Under the pieces are notes generated by a model. It saw only the letters and a list, made by a program, of their open reading frames with translations. It did not search any database and was not told where the DNA came from. A stretch of DNA of 15,168 nt from a virus (Duplodnaviria > Heunggongvirae > Uroviricota > Caudoviricetes), in IMG/VR virus record IMGVR_UViG_3300029743_000281; one strand, given 5' to 3'. The position numbers and the translations under genes were made by a program. Shown here piece after piece: positions 8,645 through 14,595 of the stretch. Position 1 is the stretch's first letter. Every line of letters starts with the position of its first letter.

Positions 8645-8726
8645 GGGGTGTAACCTCCTTGGATGTATTCGTGAGAGGAAGTTCTCTCATAATGCTTACT
8701 GAAATTCGGGAAAAGGTACCCTATTT

Positions 8727-9473
8727 TCAAAAACTTTTCTTGAGCTTCTTAATCGCTGCAGTCATGGTTTTGCTTACCACGGGTCTTGCAATCCCCAATT
8801 CTTCTGCAATCTCATACTGGGTCAGCCCTTTATAGAAGTAGAGCTGGATGATTTTCTGCTGACGTTCCGTGAGCTTACCCATAGCGGCATACAGCTTGCG
8901 CAGTTCCTCTTCTGCCAACATTTCAGCATTTTCTTCATCCAAGAAGTCCACCATAACGGCATCCGACCAGTCAGAGCCATCGCAATCCAAACTGGCGGCC
9001 TCATTGATGGCAACCGTCTTGCTGCGGTTGCTCTCCATCCGGCGTTCACCTTCCATGACCAGACGCACTGACCACTCGGCATCCTCGAACACTGCCGCCG
9101 GAACGACCTCGTATGTACCGTCATTGAAGTCGTAGCGGTAGTCGCCGCAGCGATTGATTGCCATGACCGTGTGTGCGCCATCCTCCTCATAGACGGCGTA
9201 ACCATTTTCATAGGCCGTGAGCGTTGCACCACCCACTACGGTTCTAGCGGCAATCACAGGATGCATCTCCATGAGCTGTGCGTACTTCGGCAGCTTCTTT
9301 TCGATAACCGCAGCAACCGTGTTCTTCAACTCACGCAGAGAAATGTGTGCGTTTACTGCCAAGTCCTCGACAGCCTGTGCCACGCTCTCCACTGCCTGCG
9401 TTAACGGCTGGCGGATCTCCATTGCGCCATAGCCACCGTAGATTGCAACTGCTCCGTTCATCATGTTAGTCAT
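8727..9473 (-). CDS. Sigma-70 region-4 HTH protein (phage/ICE sigma-like regulator)
   Basis: C-terminus LTERQQKIIQLYFYKGLTQYEIAEELGIARPVVSK is a sigma70_r4 HTH. Start moved from 9638 to ATG 9473 (GGGGAAAGGA RBS, 7-nt spacer). Confidence 0.85.
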   Translation of the reverse strand: MTNMMNGAVAIYGGYGAMEIRQPLTQAVESVAQAVEDLAVNAHISLRELKNTVAAVIEKKLPKYAQLMEMHPVIAARTVVGGATLTAYENGYAVYEEDGAHTVMAINRCGDYRYDFNDGTYEVVPAAVFEDAEWSVRLVMEGERRMESNRSKTVAINEAASLDCDGSDWSDAVMVDFLDEENAEMLAEEELRKLYAAMGKLTERQQKIIQLYFYKGLTQYEIAEELGIARPVVSKTMTAAIKKLKKSF

Positions 9474-9695
9474 TTTCTTGTCCTTTCCCCTGGACTCTGG
9501 GAGGGAGAAGGATACCGATGACGGAAGCGGAACAGGGCTCACATTCTGAGCTGGGACTGCCTGCAAATGCAAAAAGCCCGATTCCAGAGATGGGAGGTAC
9601 ACCCATAGACCGGCTGTTTCACCTCCAGCAGATGACATCTGCCGGTTTGTAAAACTCCGTTATGGTATCCTTCGCCTTCTCTAGAATCGGGCTTA
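9474..9695 (-). ncRNA. Candidate structured cis-regulatory leader of the sigma-like gene
   Basis: 17-bp stem 9678-9694/9574-9590 with a U-G pair only on the minus strand, followed by UUUUU. Inner hairpin at 9625-9645. Alternative pairing 9664-9673 with 9507-9516. RBS-sequestering hairpin 9503-9512/9481-9490. Confidence 0.65.
9537..9551. promoter_or_regulatory. Operator-like palindrome, copy 1 (GCTCA-cattc-TGAGC)
   Basis: One of three GCTCA-N5-TGAGC sites within 400 bp. Confidence 0.55.
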
Positions 9696-9782
9696 CGATA
9701 TTATTTTTTGTTCTTGGGGCTTGTCCTTTTGGGTTCGTCCCTTGAACTGACTACATGATAGCTGAAGACTAATCAAATCACC

Positions 9783-9799
9783 AGCTCACTAAGTGAGCT
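9783..9799. promoter_or_regulatory. Operator-like palindrome, copy 2 (AGCTCACT-A-AGTGAGCT, perfect)
   Basis: Perfect 8-1-8 dyad just upstream of a minus-strand TATCAT -10-like hexamer. Confidence 0.7.
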
Positions 9800-9905
9800 C
9801 TAAAAAATAGCATGCAAACCATCAATATTCCGTTCTTTTGCACAGTTCAAGGTCATATTTGATAGCTTTACGCCACTGTTTTTCGCTCTTTTTCTACCAT
9901 TTAGA

Positions 9906-9920
9906 GCTCACTTTCTGAGC
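9906..9920. promoter_or_regulatory. Operator-like palindrome, copy 3 (GCTCA-ctttc-TGAGC)
   Basis: Positions 9900-9912 (tttagagctcact) are the exact reverse complement of 9792-9804. Confidence 0.65.
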
Positions 9921-9941
9921 CCTAACCTCAGAAAAAATTTC

Positions 9942-9983
9942 AAAAAAAGAGGCGACCAGACCGTTTTGTGGTCCAATCGCCTC
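9942..9983 (-). terminator. Intrinsic terminator after the XRE gene
   Basis: GAGGCGAUUGGACC-ACAAAAC-GGUCUGGUCGCCUC-UUUUUUU: a 14-bp stem with G-U pairs and a U7 tract, 23 nt after the stop. Confidence 0.85.
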
Positions 9984-10006
9984 ATGGGTATTCTGTTGTA
10001 GGTACT

Positions 10007-10504
10007 TTAGCAGGCAGTTTTGAGTGGGGCGCATCCACAAGCTGCAAGATAGACGTTGACTTGCTCGATACCGTCTTTGTAATGGCCCGTCAGAATCATC
10101 TGATAGACCGTATTCCTTTGATTGTTAAAGTCCAGTGTGATTCCACACATTCTCAATAAATCACTGCTGACCATCGGCGGAAGCCGCAATGCCACCGAAA
10201 TGGCAACGACTTGTTCTGCGCTTGCCTCCTGACCCGCACGAAGCCGCTTCACTGTGGACACAGAGAGTCCGGACTCAGACTCCATCTTCTCTACAGACAT
10301 ATCCCGGTCGTTCATCAGCAGCTTTAGAGCGTCTCCGAACTCAAGTTTTGCAATCATCTTCCGTATTGCCATGGACCACTGAACCTCTGCCATAAACTCA
10401 TCTGGCGCAGCCATCCCCTGCTCAGCAGTATTCTGGCGGCAAACCGAGTTGACATTGACGGATGCCGCTTTGGTCTCGGTATTCTTATGTACAGCGGATG
10501 CCAC
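10007..10504 (-). CDS. XRE-type helix-turn-helix protein (paralog A)
   Basis: FGDALKLLM..RDMSVEKMESESGLSVSTVKRLRAG...VVAISVALRLPP. GTG start with an AAGGAGGTG RBS. Confidence 0.8.
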   Translation of the reverse strand: MASAVHKNTETKAASVNVNSVCRQNTAEQGMAAPDEFMAEVQWSMAIRKMIAKLEFGDALKLLMNDRDMSVEKMESESGLSVSTVKRLRAGQEASAEQVVAISVALRLPPMVSSDLLRMCGITLDFNNQRNTVYQMILTGHYKDGIEQVNVYLAACGCAPLKTAC

Positions 10505-10536
10505 CTCGGTTCACCTCCTTCGCTGAAAATTTTAAT

Positions 10537-10609
10537 AAAAAAAGACCGGAGCAAATTCAGATTTCAAGTTGCTTACGCATTACTTGTTTCTAAATTTACT
10601 CCGGTCTTA
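10537..10609 (-). terminator. Long rod-like hairpin with a GUAA tetraloop and U-tract upstream of XRE paralog A (attenuator or processing site)
   Basis: AAGACCGGAG-U-AAAUU-U-AGA..CAAGU..UGC-GUAA-GCA-ACUUG..UCU-G-AAUUU-G-CUCCGGUCUU-UUUUU. Two U-G pairs exist only on the minus strand. Confidence 0.7.
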
Positions 10610-10936
10610 TGTATTTCCGTTTCCGTACTCATTGACCGGATGTGTATTAGCCAGACATTTTATAGTCTTATCAGCAAGTAGACGCACTTCAACCTTACAG
10701 TAGTGTTTTAGTATTGAATTAAGGACCGTTTAGTTATAACTCCTCAATAATTGTGCGCTGACTGCCTCCAACAATCGCGGCACTCTACTAAAAACCTATG
10801 TAATGTCTCTTGCTGAGACGTCATTCAGAAGGATTCTTTTAACTGAACAACATGACTATCTTTGTCTGGTAATACACCTCCACGTTACAAATTATTATCT
10901 TTTCAATAGAGCCTTTCAGGCTATTATCACATCTAT

Positions 10937-10965
10937 AATATAGCAGCCAAAACTCTATTTGTAAA
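10937..10965 (-). promoter_or_regulatory. Putative sigma-A promoter TTTACA-17-TATATT
   Basis: -35 at 10960-10965, -10 at 10937-10942, 17-nt spacer ending TGC (extended -10). Confidence 0.55.
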
Positions 10966-11046
10966 TAGGAGCAGCCACTTTTCATCGAAGCGACCAGAAA
11001 CAAGCTGGAAAACTGTGTATTCTGCCAATTCCGGTCCTATAAACGC

Positions 11047-11114
11047 AAATAAGCCGGAATAGACTCCTAAAATCCGAAAAATTTTCAGATTTCTTTGAAG
11101 TCTACCCCGGCTTA
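11047..11114 (-). other. Long rod-like RNA hairpin
   Basis: UAAGCCGG-GG-UAGACU-UC..AAUC-U-GAAAA..UUUUC-G-GAUU..GG-AGUCUA-UU-CCGGCUUA-UUU. Four positions pair as G-U only on the minus strand. Confidence 0.65.
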
Positions 11115-11198
11115 CTACGCATTCGAGCAGCACCAAACAGGCAGCAGTTTAGTTTTTGACTGGCTCACACGGTTCTCCGATGAGCCAAGTGTGCTAAT

Positions 11199-11402
11199 TC
11201 ACATCCGCTTCTTCTCATTCTCGTCCTCAAACTTGAGGCAGGGTCCAACGCAGCACTGGGCTGCCAAATCATCTAAGTACTCATAGGCTTGTACCTTTCC
11301 ATTTTTCACATACGCCACCGCTTTACGGCCATTGACCATTGCCCGGATTGCAAGTAGCATCCGTTTACCTTTGGTCGTATAAATGCCATAATCCACACCC
11401 AT
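11199..11402 (-). CDS. Small hypothetical protein (67 aa; may start at the internal MLLAIR)
   Basis: AGGAGG RBS upstream of ATG 11402. Followed by a hairpin at 11161-11187 (tggctca...tgagcca). Confidence 0.55.
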   Translation of the reverse strand: MGVDYGIYTTKGKRMLLAIRAMVNGRKAVAYVKNGKVQAYEYLDDLAAQCCVGPCLKFEDENEKKRM

Positions 11403-11468
11403 GTTTCCCTGCCTCCTATCCCAATTTAGTCTCTTTTAAAGATTGATGCCTCTGTTCCATCAACTCTT

Positions 11469-11600
11469 GAGGCAGAGTCGCTGCCTGACCGCTGCCCTGA
11501 TTGCAGCAAAACGGTCTATCAGAACAGACCCGCCGTCCGGTCGGCAAGCGAGAAAGAGGTGCTAGATCTTCTGCGGGCTAGGGATGAGAAATGGGAATAA
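11469..11600 (+). pseudogene. 5'-truncated remnant of a small zinc-ribbon (rubredoxin-like) protein
   Basis: Hand translation EAESLPDRCPDCSKTVYQNRPAVRSASEKEVLDLLRARDEKWE*. The frame is open only from 11430, with no ATG and no first CxxC pair. A hairpin and T-run follow on the plus strand. Confidence 0.5.
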
Positions 11601-11613
11601 ACCGCAAGTGCAA

Positions 11614-11660
11614 ATGAGCCGTGTGTTCACCTCCTTACCGGAGAAGGACACACGGCTCAT
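11614..11660. repeat. Palindromic element, copy 1 (probable bidirectional terminator)
   Basis: atgagccgtgtgttc...ggacacacggctcat between convergent genes. Shares 14 bp (gagccgtgtgttca) with 12673-12686. Confidence 0.65.
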
Positions 11661-11696
11661 CATTTTTGACTTAGAAGCTCAGGATGCTCGACAATC

Positions 11697-12167
11697 CTAT
11701 GCCGCCACTTGGGACAGTAAATCAGACCCTCTTTTTCTCAAATAGTCGTTCACCTCATCAACCGACCTCATATACATACAGCTAAGAACCATTAAATATG
11801 CTTGCTGCTCTTTGGTCGCAGCCAAGCTAAAACCCGCTTTTGCTATGAGCGCAAACGAAAGCCATGGAGGAAGATGCATAGCAACGCATAGTGCAACCAC
11901 GTTTTTCTCAGAAAAACTTTTAACCTTTCCATTTCTGTAGCGACCGATCGTTGACTCCGACACCTTTGATTCAAAGGCCAGAGCCTCTTGCGTAAATCCG
12001 AAGCGTGTCATCACATATCGTAGTGCTGCCGGGAAGCAAGCAGGCATATTCGCTAACACCTTGCGTTCTTCTTCAGCCTTCTCATTCTCAGACAGCCTTC
12101 CCTCCGGGTCTATAATATGATAGTAGTTTTTGATCTCTGTTTGATTTTTTTCAGCATGCGAGGGCAT
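11697..12167 (-). CDS. XRE-type helix-turn-helix protein (paralog B)
   Basis: FPAALRYVM..FGFTQEALAFESKVSESTIGRYRNG...VVALCVAMHLPP. Start moved to ATG 12167 (GGAGGG RBS). Confidence 0.85.
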   Translation of the reverse strand: MPSHAEKNQTEIKNYYHIIDPEGRLSENEKAEEERKVLANMPACFPAALRYVMTRFGFTQEALAFESKVSESTIGRYRNGKVKSFSEKNVVALCVAMHLPPWLSFALIAKAGFSLAATKEQQAYLMVLSCMYMRSVDEVNDYLRKRGSDLLSQVAA

Positions 12168-12585
12168 CCAAATCCCTCCCACGTCCAAAACTACTCAAGG
12201 TAGCCTCAAACGTGGGAGGAATGGGCATAGCGATGCTCATTGGGTCAAGTGATGTGCTCGCCAGTGTCCGACTGCTGTTTTTTATCCTGGAAAGCCAAAG
12301 TGCGCGCAACTTCGCTGGAATTCTATTGCTTTTCGCCTTTTTCAAGAGCTTAATGTGCTTCCGCATCCGTTCCAACTCTGCAATTCTTTCATAGAGCCAC
12401 TGGGAATGCGAAAAGTCCTCAAGTGCTCTATCACCAGAATCCAACAATTGCTGAATTTCCTTGGTGATTCTGCTATTCATCCGATTCAATGTTGCTTTTG
12501 AAGCCTTCGTGATGGCTTCAACAATCTTATCAAGATTGAACTCGAATTTCTCGCTATGACAAATGATGTACACTTGTACACTCAC
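12151..12585 (-). CDS. Hypothetical basic protein (144 aa), coupled to XRE paralog B
   Basis: GTG start with an AAAGGG RBS-like sequence. Overlaps the next gene by 17 nt and has an upstream extended -10. Confidence 0.6.
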   Translation of the reverse strand: MSVQVYIICHSEKFEFNLDKIVEAITKASKATLNRMNSRITKEIQQLLDSGDRALEDFSHSQWLYERIAELERMRKHIKLLKKAKSNRIPAKLRALWLSRIKNSSRTLASTSLDPMSIAMPIPPTFEATLSSFGRGRDLDALAC

Positions 12586-12622
12586 CTGCCCTTTTCATGT
12601 AGTACGGTAAACCGCCGTTTCT

Positions 12623-12631
12623 ATTATATCA
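12623..12631 (-). promoter_or_regulatory. Extended -10 promoter element TGaTATAAT
   Basis: Perfect TGnTATAAT 38 nt upstream of GTG 12585; no clear -35. Confidence 0.55.
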
Positions 12632-12672
12632 CATTCAGTCTTAAATCCATATAGGATTTCCAATAATAGTAA

Positions 12673-12716
12673 GAGCCGTGTGTTCAAACTCCAACGTAAG
12701 GGTAAGAACACACGGC
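12673..12716. repeat. Palindromic element, copy 2
   Basis: gccgtgtgttc-N20-gaacacacggc with perfect 11-bp arms, 8 nt downstream of the 12725 stop. Confidence 0.65.
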
Positions 12717-12724
12717 ATATTACT

Positions 12725-13072
12725 TTATTTCAACTTTGCAAGGATCTCATCTGCGCTCACACCGCTTGCAAGTAGCTTCTTAACCACACTCTCGGCTTCC
12801 GCCTTCTTAGCAGCTTCAGCAGCCTTCGCATCAGCGGCAGCCTTCTTGGCCTCCAGCTTTGCGATTTCTTTCTCGGTCTGCTTGATCTCTGCCTTCTTCG
12901 GCTTTAGACCTTCACGCAGGGACTTGATGTCGGTTTTCAGTTCTTCGATTTGGGCGACAGTCTTGGAAAGACCTTCTTCGAGCATCACCTTGTCTTTCTG
13001 CAACTTTACAATCTGTGCATCAAGGTCGGTAGATGCGGTAATGCGGTTCTTGCTTCCTTTGGTTCTGGGCAT
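12725..13072 (-). CDS. Lys/Ala-rich coiled-coil protein with an N-terminal AT-hook-like motif (MPRTKGSKN)
   Basis: GGAGGT RBS, its own promoter, a long heptad repeat and a short C-terminal helical hairpin (LLASGVSADEILAKLK). Confidence 0.85.
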   Translation of the reverse strand: MPRTKGSKNRITASTDLDAQIVKLQKDKVMLEEGLSKTVAQIEELKTDIKSLREGLKPKKAEIKQTEKEIAKLEAKKAAADAKAAEAAKKAEAESVVKKLLASGVSADEILAKLK

Positions 13073-13112
13073 AGGATTATACCTCCGATAAGATTATGTA
13101 AGATTTAGGGTT

Positions 13113-13141
13113 AGTATAGCACTGCGGAAATAGGATGACAA
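13113..13141 (-). promoter_or_regulatory. Near-consensus sigma-A promoter TTGTCA-17-(TGc)TATACT
   Basis: -35 at 13136-13141, -10 at 13113-13118, extended -10. Confidence 0.75.
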
Positions 13142-13146
13142 TACAC

Positions 13147-13653
13147 TCATGAAGCAAATGGTATTGTTTTTCCAATATGTCGATAAAGTTCCTCTTCGTG
13201 TACGACCTCTGCCTTTTCATCGAGATTAATTAGTTTAACCCACTGTAAAAGCCCTTTGTCAGTCAGCTTAAATCGAATAATTCCATACCTTTTCTGTGAG
13301 CCACATTGGTTATATAAGGCACACTTACTTCTTACTTCATTTGTCTTTAATTCCTTGCCAGCGGAGTCATTGTATAGTTGAATTACTGCGGTATCACTTG
13401 AAATCTCTGGTTGCCACTTTTGGACACCATAGCTGACCTTTTTTATCACCATGCCTGGAATCAAAGTATCCTCTTGAAATCCAGCATACACTTTAGCAGT
13501 ATTCGAATGATGACGACCAGACATATATTGGGCATCATACAAGTTAGGAAACATATATCGTTCCAGCGCATTGGCTTTCTGAATACACCGGCATTGTTCC
13601 TTCAGGATGTCAATGATTGCATTCTTCTGGTCATCGTTTAAAAGGCTCATCAT
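13147..13653 (-). CDS. Hypothetical protein (168 aa), AT-rich
   Basis: GGAG RBS, 14 nt after the upstream gene's stop. No recognised motif. Confidence 0.75.
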   Translation of the reverse strand: MMSLLNDDQKNAIIDILKEQCRCIQKANALERYMFPNLYDAQYMSGRHHSNTAKVYAGFQEDTLIPGMVIKKVSYGVQKWQPEISSDTAVIQLYNDSAGKELKTNEVRSKCALYNQCGSQKRYGIIRFKLTDKGLLQWVKLINLDEKAEVVHEEELYRHIGKTIPFAS

Positions 13654-13667
13654 CCTACTCCAAAGTT

Positions 13668-14105
13668 TTAATCTTCTTTGGTATCTAATTTAGCACTATA
13701 TATACCTTCATTATGCAGGATCATCGGAACGTCATAAAACGTCAATTCACCCGTGCCCGCTCCATCTGGAATATAGTCTTCAATTCTCTCCAGCGCAAAT
13801 TCACCAATTTTCACTTCACAAGGATAAAAGTAACTTTCATTTACTTTAGAAGCCACACCGTTCAGTTTAGCAGAAAAGAAATTGCTCCCCATCAATTTTT
13901 CGTAATCATCTTGAAGGATAGTGAATTTCCTTATGTAAACGCGCTGCGCACTCCGAGTCAAGCAGTGGTCATCAATAATCTGCTTTAATGCATGTTCCAG
14001 TGCATTATTATCAACTTCAACATCCTCAACTTTAATTACCGCACCAGACTGCAGTGCATCAAATTCACAGGTAAAACAATTAAATTGTTTAATGGATACA
14101 TCCAT
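13668..14105 (-). CDS. Hypothetical acidic protein (~145 aa), AT-rich, directly downstream of the ribozyme
   Basis: Track ORF starts at GTG 14114, but ATG 14105 has AGGTG at 6-nt spacing. No recognised motif. Confidence 0.75.
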   Translation of the reverse strand: MDVSIKQFNCFTCEFDALQSGAVIKVEDVEVDNNALEHALKQIIDDHCLTRSAQRVYIRKFTILQDDYEKLMGSNFFSAKLNGVASKVNESYFYPCEVKIGEFALERIEDYIPDGAGTGELTFYDVPMILHNEGIYSAKLDTKED

Positions 14106-14133
14106 GTTATTCACCTATTTATAAAGTGCCAGC

Positions 14134-14206
14134 CTTTGCATCTTAGCCACATTCCCATGTGTTGCCTACCGCCCACCGCGTAGAGGTGTGCAAAGTTTCG
14201 AGCGGC
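14134..14206 (-). ncRNA. HDV-like self-cleaving ribozyme (Faecalibacterium drz-Fpra type)
   Basis: GCCGCUC(P1)-GAAA-CUUUGCAC(P2)-ACC(P3)-UCUACGC(L3)-GGU(P3)-GGGCGGU(P1)-AG-GCAA-CACAU-GGGA-AUGUG(P4)-GCUAA(J4/2)-GAUGCAAAG(P2). It has the G1-U wobble, a CU/AG P1.1 and the candidate catalytic C at 14146. Confidence 0.9.
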
Positions 14207-14246
14207 AAAGCTGTGAGCATCCGTGGAGGATAACTCTCACAGCCCA

Positions 14247-14275
14247 AATATACACTATATAGGATCTGTTTTCAA
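14247..14275 (-). promoter_or_regulatory. Putative sigma-A promoter TTGAAA-17-TATATT driving the ribozyme-containing leader
   Basis: -35 at 14270-14275, -10 at 14247-14252. Predicted start ~14240-14243, at the base of hairpin 14210-14243. Confidence 0.65.
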
Positions 14276-14349
14276 GGATGACGGAAAAAATTGGACATAT
14301 ATACATCCAAGTGTCCGTGTTAATCATCTATGCTTTAAGGTGATTATAA

Positions 14350-14562
14350 ATGAAGCTTACTTTCAAAAGATTCCGCCATCAAAATTCCGATGATGTCTGG
14401 GAGGACATCCCGGAGAAGCGTTCTCTTGCCCACACAATCCTTGATTTGCTGTTCTTCCCTACATACCGCTTGCCGCGAACCGTGAACACAGTCCGAATCT
14501 ACAATGACCGGAACTGCTTCTCAGTTTGCCCATGTTGAAGGAAAGTCATCGAGTACGTATAC
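14350..14562 (+). pseudogene. Disrupted small zinc-ribbon protein gene
   Basis: AAGGTG RBS and ATG 14350. Reads ...YRLPRTVNTVRIY...SVCPC*RKVIEYVY, which looks like a CPxC knuckle with a Cys-to-TGA change (14536-14538). The second CxxC is absent. Confidence 0.5.
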
Positions 14563-14595
14563 GATTTCTATAACCCCCTAAATATGAGTTTCCGC

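Noticed and set aside
9474..9638. N-terminal extension of the sigma-like ORF to 9638
   Set aside because: The extension is low-complexity sequence running through the structured leader and an operator-like site. ATG 9473 has a clear RBS.
9610..9655. Hammerhead ribozyme (CAGATGA on the plus strand; GAAAC on the minus strand)
   Set aside because: No exact CUGANGA core, and stems I-III cannot be assembled on either strand.
10640..10700. Second HDV-like ribozyme (AGAC...GUCU-GGCUAA on the minus strand)
   Set aside because: No P1, P3/L3 or P2 partners could be found upstream.
10933..11286. ORFs 10933-11136 (-) and 11095-11286 (+)
   Set aside because: They overlap hairpins and a promoter, have no convincing RBS and no protein-like motifs.
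12450..12585. ATP-cone domain (FNLDKIVEAITKAS)
   Set aside because: Only a short resemblance; the diagnostic KRDG motif is missing. An HMM search would be needed.
11614..12716. Integron attC sites
   Set aside because: No RYYYAAC/GTTRRRY ends, no integrase in view and only two copies.
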